The translations under genes and the position numbers were made by a program. This document shows positions 25,957 to 46,494 of a stretch of DNA of 64,000 nt, one piece after another. The stretch is from the human T2T-CHM13v2.0 reference genome, Homo sapiens: the NCBI RefSeq assembly GCF_009914755.1, contig NC_060927.1; one strand, 5' to 3'. Below the pieces are notes generated by a model. The model was not told the origin of the DNA. It did not search any database and saw only the letters and a list, made by a program, of their open reading frames with translations. How positions within the stretch are numbered: the stretch's first letter is position 1; the number at the start of each line of letters is the position of its first letter.

Positions 25957-28900
25957 TGAGTAAGTTTGAGAATTGAAAATGAGACCTGAGCATCACAAAA
26001 CAACCTTTCATATCTAGATATAGTTACCATCTAGGAGTTCACGTGCATTATAAAAGAAATGGTCTTGTTTAAGATGAAACCCTGCAAGCTCTGTGAGGGC
26101 AGGGATTATGTCTGTTTATCACACCATGGTATGTTCAGTTCCTAAGAGTGTCGGGTATATAGAGGCCGTCAATATTTGTTGAAATTAAATGAAAAGTTTC
26201 AGTCTTTTCGTGCTTCACAAGAAGAAAATCTTTTGGAGAAAGCCAATGATTTAACATAGTCTTCTGGATCTTCTATGACAGAAAATAGCTATTTAATCCG
26301 TAAAAAATATAAACATATGGAGCCAAATACTGCCTTGTGCCAATCAAATGTTTGGTTTATTAATAGTTACTAAATTTATTAGTGCTCTCTAGAAAAGAGC
26401 CTTTTTAGAATTTGATTTCATTTTAGGCAGCATTCGAGAAGCACTGTCGACTCAGCTTTCCTCTGGCTGTTGTCTTTTTGTACCACTCCCTAACCAAAAT
26501 TGATGCAAAGGCAGGATGCTTTGAGTTACTCTCAGTAATCACATATTATTGAAGTCAGCTGGTTATTCTTGACAGACAATATGATCCAAAATAACACAAT
26601 GTTTAAACAGAAGGAACATGGGTGTGGACCCCCATTGCTCCCTCTTCAGAGATGTCTGCCAGGGTCCAGGGAACTTGGGATCTACCTGAAGAGTGTTACT
26701 AAGGGAACAATGTAGCCTTTTCATGACCTTCTATAGCTTTAGTTTAAAAAAGGAACATTATCATCATTTGCTAACATTACAATCAACAGCAGATCTGATA
26801 ACTCATTTTAAGTGATATATTGTATTTAAATTGCAGTATAATCCCTAATAGCTTTTTGCCAGCAGAGTCTTTCAGGATTCAAAATGCAAATTGCACCTGA
26901 AAAAGAAAAATTATTTTTAGACTTATGGCACTTTAACTTAACTGTAACACAGTTAGAATACTTTTTATTATTATTATTATTAATAGAATATGTTTCGGTT
27001 GCGAATTCTGGAGGAATCCCTACTGGAAAATAATTGCCAGTCCTCCCTTGGCTGTGAGCCATTCATTGAAATGGACTATGAGATAAGACTGAAGAATTTC
27101 ACTAATTTCGGGAGTGCCAACTGAAGTTTATTATTGTGAATCCATTAGACATGAGATTTCTGTGATTATCTCAATGAGTTCTAAAATCCAGGTCCAAATG
27201 AGGTGGAAAAATTTTATATGACTATATACATGTTATAGAGCAATTAATATTTTAATTGGGTGTCAAGAAAAGCAGTGGTTGCTCTATAACTTAATTTGGG
27301 TTCCTCTGCCTCTCTGTAGAGTTTCTGAAAATTTTTAAATGTCATTTGGAGTTAAGGCAGAATGATACTGTGGAAAAAGCATCAGCTTAAAATTAGACCT
27401 AGGCTCAGCTTTAGTTGAATTCCTTAAATTTACATTGGTGACGTTGAGTTTGTAACCACCCCATACCTAGATTTTCTTAAAATAGGAGTAATATGTCCTA
27501 CTTTATAAAGCAGTTCTAAGGAAGAAAAATGATTAGAACCCAAGGCAGTTTCACATAGTATAAGATCCCAGACGCTGGCCACCAGGTTTCTTGAGTTCAA
27601 ACCCACTGCATTATCCTTTGCCAACTATGTGAACTTGGGCACAAATCACTTACCGTCAATTTCTATATTTGGAAAATGGGGACACAAATATAGTTACCAT
27701 ACAAGGTTAAAAGAAAACAAACATTAAAGAAAGCATTTAAAAAACAGCCATCATGAAGTTGGCACTTGGCGTTTGACATATGTCAAGTGTTGGCTTCTAT
27801 TGTTATTATTATTATTACATTTAAGCGTCTTTGGCTAAACCTAAATGAAAATCCTATAATTTACATTGTATATTTAAATCTGATAGTGAATTTATCTGAT
27901 AGCAAATGGATTCTAGGTTGATTATTCATATGCTTGTGCCTACGTGTGTGTATGCATATTTGTTGTATGTATAAGACCTATGGATTTAAGATAAATTAGT
28001 CACATGTATATATGAAATATAGTTATAAACTAATTACTCCCCAAACTAGAACAGCAAAAATAGGTCTCCTTACTTAAGAGTACAGCTGTACAGAGTAAAT
28101 TCACTATGCTTGGAAACTTCTTTCATATCTATTTGTGTAAGTCTGCAGCTAGTTTCTGAACAGTTGTATAGTGATGGTTTCATGGTACTCACCAATTAGA
28201 CAAGTATAAGTCATGACCTTGGCTTTCTTGGAACGTAACCAGTGGTTGACAGGGAGTGTTTGAGTTAAATGATAAACTAGCAGTCCAGTTTACACTCAGC
28301 ATCTGGTATCCCCCACTCTCCATCTTTCTTCAACCAAGGCATCACAAAAGCAATTTGGGGGCAGGCATTTTCATTTAAAAATGGAGAGTGGATTGTGGAA
28401 GCATCCTGAGTGTTTGTAATGAAAGCCATTTGGTTTTTATTAGCATTAGAGTCTACGTGCTTGCTAGTTTTCAGTCATTTTCTCTTCAAAAATGGTTCCC
28501 CAGATTCCAGTTTTCACATTGCTGCCTTTTGAATTGAATCCTTTGTGACCCGTTGTGATTACATTGCATTTTCCTTGTGTTCTTTTAAAAAGTTCTGACT
28601 TTCTCTGAATTGTGGTTGGGGGGATGGTGGGAGGAGGGTGGCAGCAAGGGAATAGGGTCACTTGTACTTTTAGAATGTTGTCAAAAGAGATTTTTAAATT
28701 GTCAAAAATTGCCTAGAAGTAATATCAAGCTTAGTGTCTGCTAATAAAGCAAGGATTTACAACAGAAGGTTCGGTCAGAAATGGGTGTCCTAAGGTCTTT
28801 ACAAAAGAGCATTTGCTCCTGGGTTCCCCAACATTTCTCTGACCTCTGTTGGACAATTCTAGAACAGTTATAAATCAGGCTAATTATAATGATGTTAGGA

Positions 28901-29033
28901 TACTGGTGTTGTGTGTTTGGGGTTAGGAAGCTGAGAGCTTAGGCAATTTGAAGACAACAAGCTGAAAACAGCTTTGTTCATATACCATTCCCTAAACATT
29001 AATTCAGTGCAGATTAAGAATAGTCAATGGAGG

Positions 29034-29407
<374 letters not shown>

Positions 29408-29567
29408 CTATTTAAAACGTGGCTAATTTGTAGTGACCAAGAGTTTTTAAAATAGAGTAGTAATTGAGAAAGAAATGGTTTGTATCTTTTTCCCACTTAA
29501 TTTTCTTTCCTGTTTTGTACATTTTTCTAGATGCTTCAAAAAGACCCAAAGAAAAAAGGAATATAAG

Positions 29568-30180
29568 CACAGTCATTACTCATTATTTGTGGATTCTCTG
29601 TTTGCTAATTCACCTACTCCCTAAAATGTATTTATTACCCCCAAATCACTATTTGCAGCTCTCTCACAGTCATTTACAGACATGCACAGACTGGTGAAAA
29701 AACTTTGAGTCTTTCTACACACATGTACTCAGCTGAGATTGAACAAGGGAACTATAGACAAGGATCCTTTTTGTAGTCCATTTAGTCAACGTTTTTTGCA
29801 TTTTTGTGCTTTTTAATGATGATTTCACTGTTAAAATGCTCCACAACCATAGTGTGGAAGTGCTATGTAGTGTTTTGAAGCACAAGAAGGCTGTGATATG
29901 CCTTACAGAGAAAATATGAGCAATGGATAAACATCGTTCAGGCATCAGTTATAGTGCTGTTGGTGTGAGTTAAATGTTAGTGCATCAACAAAATATATTA
30001 AATAAGGTGTCTTTAAACAGAAACACACATAAAACAAGGCTATGTATTAATCATCTGTGTGTCCAGAAGCCCACAGGAACCTAACCTTGTATTTCCCCTA
30101 GGGTCAATGATTCAGTATTCACTAATTCAGTGTAGTAGGGACTTTATATAGAACAAAACTCATATAAATAACTAGAATAA
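29568..30180. mobile_element. Tigger4/MER46-like DNA transposon relic
   Basis: CAGTCATTACTCATTATTTGTGGATTC start; AGCACAAGAAGGCTGTGATATGCCTTACAGAGAAAAT internal. Confidence 0.55.
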
Positions 30181-30242
30181 ACCACACTTGTTTTTTAATT
30201 CCTGTGAAATAATTCATATGGGAAACCATCAAAGACCTGCTA

Positions 30243-30570
<328 letters not shown>

Positions 30571-31595
30571 CAAATTAAACCCATATAATAGTACTACAGC
30601 ACAAAACTTTATGCTATCTATTTTGTTCATTTGCTGTTTGTGACTATCATATTTATGTCAACTTTACCCTGTTTTATTGACAAGTACCCAGGAGCACTTG
30701 AAAATGTAGAAATTCCTTTAAACCCTCCCCCCTCCACCAGAAAACAAGCCTCCAGGGAATGCACATATATAAATATTAAGATAGTTGTTGTGTATAGTGC
30801 CCAAAATCCTATTTTCAGTTAGCAAACTATTGGTAATGTTGGAAAGCAAGGCATCCAGATAAGAAAGGGGAGATCTTGTGGCTTGGAGGCCATTCAAAGG
30901 CAGACTTAAGGTTGCGTCTTCTTAAGGGAGACATGTAGTGGGGGTCCCGTGTAACTGGAATTTCACCATGTCTAATCGTGTCTAGCAGACCAATGGAATG
31001 CTGTGCCTCAAGTTTCTTCTGAGAGGCCTATGAGCCTCATGAGATATCAACAAAAATGTTTCTTGGCCATCAGAAGAGAGAAGTGATTTTGAATATAGTA
31101 TAGTTTTTGCTATTATAATCACTCCAAAACCAGGCCTGTTGGTGCTTGTGGTTCTTGAGAGAGGAGGCCATGGGGGTAAAATTCAAGAGACCTGTTTACC
31201 TATAGGCACAAGAGCCCTCCTCAAGACTTGAGACAATGAAAGATGAGGAAGGGAGGTATTTTCCCTGCATCATCCAGCTTCAGCACCCAGCGGGAACTGG
31301 ATCATGGGTGGTGTCTGGGTAGGAGGCTGTGGAGGCTAAAGTCAGTGGAGCAGAGTGGAAGCCTTGGGGTCGTGGGCTTATGCATGAGACACATGTGAGG
31401 TTCCGTGCAACACTTTACCAGCCAATTATAAGGGACTGAAGTCACTGCAAAACATAGGTTGCCATGATGTAAGCCCATTTGCATTTGCAGACTGAAAAGG
31501 CAAAAGGAAATATTCCTGATTCAAGTAAGTATGGGACTATACTTTTTTGATATTGGATCTGTTGGTCCTCATTTCTATGTTTCTCGATTGTCTAA

Positions 31596-31769
31596 TGTGG
31601 TGGTTCCCCCTGACTGCACATTAGACCCACTCTAGAAAACCTTAAAAAAATGTCTGGACCCCCTCCAAAGATTCTGACTGAATTGATCAGGAGTAGAATT
31701 CTGGGCATCCGTGTGTCTAAAAGGCTTCTCAGATGATTCACATGTTTAGCCAGGGTTGACAAGTACTGT
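31596..31769. mobile_element. MER5-family hAT relic
   Basis: GTGGTTC..CTGCACATTAGA..AGATTCTGA..GATGATTC..CAGGGTTGACAAGTACTG. Confidence 0.6.
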
Positions 31770-34700
31770 CCTAAAACATATTTCTGAGATTTTTCACACT
31801 CCATTTTCCAATGTGCTCCAAAGATAGCTTAGGCAGGAACCCTGCTACATGGCCACTTCAAAAAGATGCACCCCTGCATGGGCCTTTGAGTGCATCCACC
31901 TAGCGTGGCCTCCATGCCACTTCCCTGTCTGGTTACTCCACTATAAAAAATTCATCCGCGGACTCTCCAAGTCCTCAAGCTGTACATTGTCCTGCCTTTG
32001 TCCCAACAAGAATTGTTGGTGATAAGTCCGACAGTGGAGAGGCTGTGGCTGCAGAGTGGCAGGAAAGAGAGTAAGTAAAGGAGAAGACAGGACAAAGGAA
32101 GAGTAAAAGGGTACTTGAAAAGGACTGGAAAGGAGGGCCCTGCAAGGTGCTGCTTCTCACGTGCTCCCCACCAGCCTTCTGCATTCAAAGCAGGGAGGGA
32201 AGAGTGTGGGCTCAGAGCCATACATGCTTAAGTGCAAGCCTTGGGGCCCCATAATTTACTAGCTGCTTGATCTTGGAAAAATTACTTAATCTTGTACAGC
32301 TAAAAAGTGGTGGAGCTCTGGGATTCAGAACTGGTCTGTCTGGGTTAAAAGAGCCCAAACGTTTTTCCCAGCGTATACTACATCTCCCAATCCATACACA
32401 CACAATAGACTTTTCAGTGAGGAATACAGTAATTAATAACTTCCCAGATGGTAGTTGAACTTGCTTTTAAATTCCTATAGTCAAATAAGTTGGGAGAATG
32501 TTACAAGAAGATTAGTTAGAAAGAAAATGGTGTCATTTATTATCAGCTCGAAACATTCAGAATTGTCATTTGTAAGAAATAAGCTCATTATTAATAGAAG
32601 ATTACTTCTCTTGTCTTTGTGTGACCATTTTCTTAAATTAAAAATAACTTTTTTCCCTTACTGCAAAAGTAATGCATGTTCATCTAATACAAATTGGAAA
32701 ATAAAGGTAAGCAAATAATACAAAATTAAACACACTCTTAATCCCTCCGCCCAGATCTAACTGCTGTAAATATGTTAGTATATATCCTTCTAGATTTTCT
32801 GTGCTTTTATACAGATTTTAAAAAATCATAGTATATGCTCTTTCACTTTACAATATCTGGTCAACAACATTCCATGTCAATACATTTGCCTTTACTACAT
32901 TATTTTTTATATCTGCTTATTAAGGTGAACAATTTAGTCTGATTTTAAACCACATTTGTTTACTCAGATGTCAGAGATCCACAGATAAGGAAACATCTGA
33001 AGAGCCCAGGTGTGGCTATGTGGAGAGGTTGAGTAATTCAAAACAAAGTACAAAACACAAAAACAATTACGACCAGTTTGACAGTTGTACGTCTGTTTCC
33101 TACGGCCTTCTACCCACAAGTCTACCGCTGACTTCAAAGAAAAGTCAGCACAGAGGAGGTCCAGAGGATAAGGTGCAAAACGAGAATCAAACCCACGATA
33201 AGAGATTAAAGGAAGGTTGATCAAAGACCCAGCATAAAAGTGCTAGCCCGTGACTTGCCTTGGCCCATGGCCCCAAAATATTCATCAGAACAGAGAGCGC
33301 TCTTTGAAGTGATTGGATGCATCCATGCTCAGACAAGCTCGGTGGTCAAAGGGAAATTTTAAAGAGTGGCCCTGGAAGGAGTTAGCAAAGTTGCCTCTTC
33401 CTCTCTCTGCTCTGCACATCCCTCACAAACTGAATGTTATTTCTTTGGTTTGTTGTGCAGATGCAAGTAATTTAACTGTACTTTTTGCCCCCTGGGAGAT
33501 GTGGGAAGTACAGTTGCTTTTACAGGATGGAGAATTTGCACTCATGATCAGAGAACTGAAACTTCCAGCCATCCTTTTTATTCAGAGTGTTTAAGGACCG
33601 GTGGTATTTCCAAATAGGCAGTAGGGCTTGTTCATGCTCTGCTTGTTCATTCTGCTTGTTCATTAATTGTTCACTACTTTTCTGAGTAGAGTTCATTGCT
33701 CTGTGATGTCGTGACAGAAGCTTTCATTTCCCCAGAAAGAGGAAGAAAACAGAAGTGCCCCCTCCAAATGGCATAGCCTTCACAACATTCAGTTTAAATG
33801 TTTTTAAGTATCTTAAAAGAGAAGAGTTATATATTGCTAAGTGTGTTCTTAGAATGTCTGTAGTTAGCACTTCTTTCAGGCTCTAGTTTTCTGGTTTTTC
33901 ACTTTACATAATAATCCTCTATGTATTTAGGATCTTTATTTTTCACCTTTCCCGTTACCATATTTTTATTTCCTTCAAAATTCGAGGGAATTGCTTTTTC
34001 TCTCTACCTTTTTTAGATCAGTTTCCTAGTCTTTAACTGAGGTGTTAAAGTTGGAGTTTTTACTGGCAAGTCTTGATTGAGCACAGTGTTAGGCTCTGTG
34101 AGAGAGAATATGCATTTTCTATTTTCACAGAGCCACAGTCCAGGTGAGGAGATAATGAATTTGCATGCAAAAAATGAATATGTTGTGAGCTGATACAGAC
34201 TTTTGTCAGGCCAGTCTTTCATAAAGAAGTATTTGGAATGGGCTTTGAAAATGCCTGAAATTCCAAAATGAAATAATATGAAATAATATTTATTAGTACG
34301 TATAGGGGCTGGGTAACATGCTCAAAGTTACAGAGGCAGAAAACCATAAGGTGTCTCACAGAAACTGAATATACTCATTTAACTGTGACAGATGGCTCAT
34401 GCGAGAAAGTAGCAAAGGAGAAGCTTCATTCGTTCTATTAGTGTTAGAATGTGCTATGGAATCTGGATTTTATTATGATTGCAAAAGGATGGTATTGAAA
34501 ACTTTGGAGTGGAAAATGACATTCTGAAGTATTTTGAGAATATGAATCTGCCTGTGGAGTACAGAATGGACATAGGTAAGAAGAGGCCTGGGGCCACAAC
34601 TTTGTCAAAAGGGCACAAATAGAGTCTGAGAGAAAGAGGGTTTGAGACAGAATGGAAACAATGGGAAAGATGGAATGGACTCTGGAGGCAATGAACTGAG

Positions 34701-35242
34701 AACGGATCTGACCTCTGTGGCAAGGGGAGAGGAGGTGAGTGATGGGCTGTAAGAGAAGGTGGTAAGAAGACTCATAGATGATTCAGTCACACATAACCAT
34801 AATTGCACCCCTGTTACCTAGGTGCTAGGTGATACAAAGAGATTAATCACATCAACAAAATGGTTAGGTAGACAGAGTAGGTATTTACAATGAAAAACTC
34901 AAAGTAGTCTCACATTGAAGACAGAGTGAGGCAATGAGCTCTCAGGAGTCAAGAGAAATATTCCTTGAAGTTTGGAGTCACAGAAGCATCAGGGAAGAGA
35001 TGGAACATGAGCTGAATGTTGAATGATGGGTAGAATTTGGAAAGAATGACAGGGGCAATCAAAGCTGTGGGATGAGGAGGTTAAAGCAAAGACACAGGAC
35101 TAAGAAAACACAAGGAGTGTTTGTGACACATTGACGAGGGCCATCTGGTTGGAACAGAGTTTGCATAAACCACCAAAAGAGGAAAAGGGGAAGGTAGGGT
35201 GATACGTTTATTCTGGTAAAGGTTTAGACACCAAGCTAAAGA

Positions 35243-35506
<264 letters not shown>

Positions 35507-36858
35507 AAGCTTTTATAATTTAACCTGGGAAATGTCAAGCCACTGACATTTTTCAGCAAGGTTGTGGCCAGTGTCAAAGAGTCTTTCGGGAAGTTTGGTT
35601 TGTGGAAGATGTGTAGAATATATCAAGATGAAGAACTGGGTGACTTCTAGTCAAAAAGGAATGATGATATAAACCAGGTACCAATCAGAATGAGAGGTAT
35701 GGAAGAGGGGCAAAGGAATTACCAGTAAACCAAGGGGAAATAGAAATACAGTTTTACCCAAAGTTTCAAATCCAGGAGGCTATGATAGCAACTGTGCTGT
35801 ATACTAAGGCATACAACTCATGAGATGACTGGTTTGGTAACAGTCCTGAGCGTTTTGTTTTAAAGAGCTGGGTCCTGAGGTTCCAGACAAGCAAACATGC
35901 CAAAAAAGTGGTTCAATGGGGGGGCTTGAGGCTCAGCTGGAAACCATGTTTACCATACCAAGTTTAAAAAATCCACACAGCTCAGCAATTGTTTGAAGTT
36001 TTTAATTAATTAATTAATTCATAAAGTGAAGTATTTTCAAAAGCTCATCTGAGAGCTTATATTCTCTTGATACAGATGAATTCTCAATTGCTCTTTTGTT
36101 TTCATTGCAAAACAGTTCAACTTGTATGAGACTCAAAGTGGGGAGGGCAGGAGCAGAATTTTCTCTGTTCCGGGTATAGACATTATGGGTATTGGGCCAT
36201 ATTCTCCTCTTCGTTGGTAATAATTCCTATTTTATACATCTTTCTATCAATTGCAGCTCCTACCAGAGTCAACGTCTTGATTGTAAATACTCAGTGTTGG
36301 TTGATTTGCATTTTCATCATAGTCCTGAAAGATAAAAGTGGACCTAAGAAAAACTAATAAGCTTACAGCCAGTTTTATAATGACAGACTCTATATAAACA
36401 AATGCAAATTGGATGTCAAATTTGAATTACAAAATTTATTTGAGCAAGGTCCAGGAAGTAATAACAGTGTCTTCAGATCTTTTCTAAAATGATAAAAATT
36501 CATTAACAATCTTCCATGGCTTGGAGTCTCAGAGACTTTCAAAAGTCACAGCACTTTGAAGAGCAGAGTTGGCAACTAAAGTTATCAGAGTGAAGAATGG
36601 CATGCTAACCTCAGGTGCAGGATGGCCAACTCAAAGTAGACCTCTATTCTTTGTTCTTCTGAGATAGGAACTAGCCAGAAACTTAGTTATTCAGGGGTGG
36701 GGTGGGAAGGCTGTGGGACCCAGGGTGGAAGGACCCACACAGTTCAAAATAAAACGAACCAACTATAGTGAAGGAAAAGAGAACTATACACAGATAGTAT
36801 TCCTCATCCCCCTGAATTGACTTATATAAAAAAGAAAACGGAGCATCCGACAAATTGA

Positions 36859-37116
<258 letters not shown>

Positions 37117-37370
37117 TAGTAGAGATTGTGTCTGTGCATCAAAGATTTCTCTCTTAATATGTTCATTTTTTAAATATACAATTGTTAGCCATTACAAGGA
37201 ATGTCACAGAAGATTAAAAAGTTAATAATCCTTCCAGGATTTGTGTACCACCACCAAGTCACTCTGATAGTGGCAGACACTGAAATTAATGTGTTGACAT
37301 CTCTTAGCATTCCTGCTTTCATTTGTAGGTATGCAAATAATAAAGCGGTATCATCTCTAGAGATGGCAGG

Positions 37371-37687
<317 letters not shown>

Positions 37688-38392
37688 TAGTTTTATGCCA
37701 TTTTACAGAAGAAAAAAAATTAAATGATTGGCACAGAAACCTACTTCTGTAGTCTCCCTACCCAAACCCTGTGTTAAAGTTACTGTAAGATGTTACTAAG
37801 ATTTGCCTTCCCAGCACAGGTATATTCTAACCTGGCTAAGACTGTCTCCCTGAGAAGTTAAGAAATCTAGCCAAGTCCCTCCTATCCTTTGTTCTCTGTT
37901 CTCCCCTCTTCTAGAAGTTATTTTGTAGAAGAACAATTTTTGCTACTTTTTAACATTGAAACAAGTAGGACAATTCAATTCATTCATTTGGAGCATGAAC
38001 GGTACAGTCACACAAAGATAATTATTTTCCAGCCATCAAAAAGACTATTCATACTAAATTCCAAATTCCTCTGTGTTATTGTTTTTTTTTAATCTCAATT
38101 TCAAGAAAAGTAACTGTTACCTATGGCAGAGCCGTATGCATCACTGTTCATAAAAAAAAAAAAAGATAATCTAGTCAAAAGGACTTTCATCTAAATTGGC
38201 TGATTAAACTGACTCCCAGTTCTGTGCTAGGAATGATAATCTGGTAAGGGGTTTGGTTTTTCCTATAATGTTTTGGAACTGGGGGGAGGAAATGAATGTA
38301 CCTCCAGAAAAGCAAGGTTTTTTTTTAACTGAACCCACTTTGCAAATGTTAATTACTGCAAATGAGCAATTATGTTTGCATAGTGCAAATGA

Positions 38393-38578
<186 letters not shown>

Positions 38579-38617
38579 TAGATTTCTAATTGAATTTATG
38601 TTTGTTGTTTCCAAAAG

Positions 38618-38713
38618 CTGCTATTGATAGCAGAGGTGGAGAACCTCTACTCAAACTGTTACCAGACATATATGGGTGGCCAGTAGCAACAGAAAACTGG
38701 GAGCAAAAATATG
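38618..38713 (+). CDS. MME: Neprilysin exon 6 (96 nt)
   Basis: aaag|CTGCTATT...TATG|gtaagg; [31 protein letters not shown]. Confidence 0.97.
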
Positions 38714-38793
38714 GTAAGGCAATTTTCCTACTAAAAAAGAAATTTCCATGTAAAATCTATGTTATAATATCATTAGTGAACTAAAGCTTCTAA

Positions 38794-38958
<165 letters not shown>

Positions 38959-40700
38959 TAACTAAAGTTACCTTTAAATTGTAATAAAACTTCCACATAC
39001 ATTGTTGTTATTGATATTTAGAAATAATGCTATTTTCAATTGAATTGAATAAGCAAGGAGGTAGTATATCCATGCTCTGTCCCTAATACCTGGAGTTCCA
39101 ATTTTGAAAGTATTTTCTTAATGCTGTTTTCGACATTCACCCCTTGCTTCTGCTACCTCTGTTTTAGATACCTCTCCCTTCACAAAACAAATGATAAGAA
39201 GGGCTCCAGGCCCCTCCTATTCAGAAAAAGTTCCTAATTTCTTTGTATAGTACTTGAAAGGAGCATGCTTTCGTTTATAGAAGTAATGCAGGTCTAGAAA
39301 CCAAAAAATAATAATTGCTTTCAAAAAGAACACAGAAAAGGGATTTTAAACATCATTTTTTTCCTCACTAAAGAGTATCTGTACTTTTTTCTCAACTAAA
39401 GGTAAATAAAATGCCTTTCTTTTAAAATGGATTTATTGTATTTTTACAAATGTAAACAATTTGATTTAGGAGTCACCTAAGACTAGATTAATGACTATGT
39501 TTGGAATGTACTGAAAAATATAAAGAGTTTTTCTTTCTTCCTTTTTTTTTTTGTTTTTTTTTTTTTTTTGGTTTCCTGTGTAAGAAATTATACAAAAAAT
39601 TGCAGGCTACTGAATCACCTAATCATATCTGTGTCACTATTGCATAAATCTTTATGGTCGTTTTTGTTAAAATCATGAAAGGAATTGAACCCAAATCTCC
39701 TGCAGTGGGCTCTCTCTCTTCTGAAACTTTCTCCTTGCAGGATCACCTTGAGGACCAGGGGGTGGGGAAGGATCAGGGCCCTTCATGTGGAGATATCTTC
39801 TGGCTCTTTCCATACCAGTTCTTTGGGTTATGTTTTCTTTTGTATTGGCCTAGGCTCTCCACAGCTGCTAGGATTCTCTCTTTAACCCAGAAATGCTCTG
39901 TTTGGCCTCCACACTCATGTTGCCATGCAGTGAGTAGGAAACAATCTTGCAAAGCTGCAGTATGCCCAGATAGCTCCCACTTGGGTATTAAACATGGACC
40001 AGACACGTTAGCGCAAAACTGAGTTTCCTCTTTCACACCCTTAACTGCTATCTGGGTCTACTGAGGTTCTTCTGAGCAGAGCAGCTTTGAGGAGAACCAA
40101 GGAGAAGTCGCCTCCATTCCCTTAGGGTAGAGAATCTTAAAAAACATTTTCTGGCACAAGTTACATTAGCTAAAAGATTCTGGAGTTACCTTAGAGGTTT
40201 TCCACTTCTCCCCTTCTCCCCATCCATCCAAATCAACTTGAAGAATATTAACCCACTCCCACCAATGAAAGGGGATCCCAACTAAGGGTGGAAGCAGATG
40301 AGAATGTTCCCAGGGGAGCACATTAGAATCTCAGGAAGCTGAGAAATCTGTGAATATGTAATTTAGAAATTTCCACGTCCTAGAATCTAACATGTTTTTG
40401 TTCACTTGCACCTTCTGCTCTGCATTAAAAATCCCTCCTAGTAAATCTTTTGTTCACTTTCTTTTGTTTTCCTTAAATATCTGCAGCACAGTCCTCCAGA
40501 TTATCTAACTGCCCGTTAGTATAACACTTACAAGTAGTGTAGAAAGCATTTCCTAACTAGGTATTTATTGAGTGTCTGATGGTCACCCCATAAACAGCAA
40601 GAGTAGGATCTTTCACATACATAGATAGACATGCTTGTATTTTTCAAACTTTTCTATATTCACTGAATGATTTATTTTCTTTTATGTATATTTTTTATAG

Positions 40701-40814
<114 letters not shown>

Positions 40815-41589
40815 TAAACCTACAAGTAATGAAAAAGATAAAGCCAAATTAAATTTAGCCCTCTGATGTTTTTCATTCATGACAGGGACTTAAAATCACA
40901 CATAATAGTGAGCTGTCTTTGATAGAATGAACATTCTCAATAGAATGAATGAAGGTATTTTACAAAACTAGGAAACTTGAAATTCCTTATTTGTATCTTG
41001 GTTTTTAGTATTTAAAACATATGATCGATTTTGAAAAGTTAATTTAAAATATTTTAATCCACCTGTAAACTGCATTATTTAAAAAATGAAAAGATTTATC
41101 ATGGTCTAGGGTGGTGCTGGTGAGGACCAGAGGGTCAGTGAGAGATACACTCTGCAGCATCCTTCTGGAACCATCTGATTTGACTGTCAGAGAACTATGC
41201 AGGTAGTGACATTGGGCTCAGACAAACTTTTGCAGCTACCTTGTGACTCTAACATTGGCCAGGTAGCCAGTGGGCATCATATCCCATAGTGGACGTTTGG
41301 ATGTTCTGGAGTGCTTTCTTATTGTCTCACAACCTTGCCTCCCTTGGGCTGATGTTCACGTGCTCTTTTTTTTTTTTTTTTTTTATTATACTTTAAGTTT
41401 TAGGGTACATGTGCACATTGTGCAGGTTAGTTACATATGTATACATGTGCCATGCTGGTGCGCTGCACCCACTAACTCGTCATCTAGCATTAGGTATATC
41501 TCCCAATGCTATCCCTCCCCCCTCCCCCCACCCCACCACAGTCCCCAGAGTGTGATATTCCCCTTCCTGTGTCCATGTGATCTCATTGT

Positions 41590-45441
<3,852 letters not shown>

Positions 45442-45477
45442 TTAGTTGATGCAGTTTCTTCCTAGTCTCGATGGTCT

Positions 45478-46494
45478 TTACATTTTGGCATGATTTTGCA
45501 GCGGCTGGTACCGGTTGTTCCTTTCCATGTTTAGCACTTCCTTCAGGAGCTCTTTTAGGGCAGGCCTGGTGGTGACAAAATCTCTCAGCATTTGCTTGTC
45601 TGTAAAGTATTTTATTTCTCCTTCACTTATGAAGCTTAGTTTGGCTGGATATGAAATTCTGGGTTGAAAATTCTTTTCTTTAAGAATGTTGAATATTGGC
45701 CCCCACTCTCTTCTGGCTTGTAGGGTTTCTGCCGAGAGATCCGCTGTTAGTCTGATGGGCTTCCCTTTGAGGGTAACCCGACCTTTCTCTCTAGCTGCCC
45801 TTAACATTTTTTCCTTCATTTCAACTTTGGTGAATCTGACAATTATGTGTATTGGAGTTGCTCTTGTCGAGGAGTATCTTTGTGGCGTTCTCTGTATTTC
45901 CTGAATCTGAACGTTGGCCTGCCTTGCTAGATTGGGGAAGTTCTCCTGGATAATATCCTGCAGAGTGTTTTCCAACTTGGTTCCATTCTCCCCATCACTT
46001 TCAGGTACACCAATCAGACATAGATTTGGTGTTTTCACATAGTCCCATATTTCTTGGAGGCTTTGCTCATTTCTTTTTATTCGTTTTTCTCTAAACTTCC
46101 CTTCTCGCTTCATTTCATTCATTTCATCTTCCATTGCTGATACCCTTTCTTCCAGTTGATCGCATCAGCTCCTGAGGCTTCTGCATTCTTCACGTAGTTC
46201 TCAAGCCTTGGTTTTCAGCTCCATCAGCTCCTTTAAGCACTTCTCTGTATTGGTTATTCTAGTTATACATTCTTCTAAATTTTTTTGAAAGTTTTCAACT
46301 TCTTTGCCTTTGGTTTGAATGTCCTCCTGTAGCTCAGAGTAATTTGATCGTCTGAAGCCTTCTTCTCTCAGCTCGTCAAAGTCATTCTCCATCCAGCTTT
46401 GTTCCGTTGCTGGTGAGGAACTGCGTTCCTTTGGAGGAGGAGAGACGCTCTGCGTTTTAGAGTTTCCAGTTTTTCTGTTCTGTTTTTTCCCCAT
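45478..46494 (-). pseudogene. L1 ORF1 with single in-frame nonsense codon (R98X)
   Basis: 1017-nt frame (338 codons plus stop) from MGKKQNRK to QNHAKM, broken only by TGA at 46201-46203. Confidence 0.93.
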
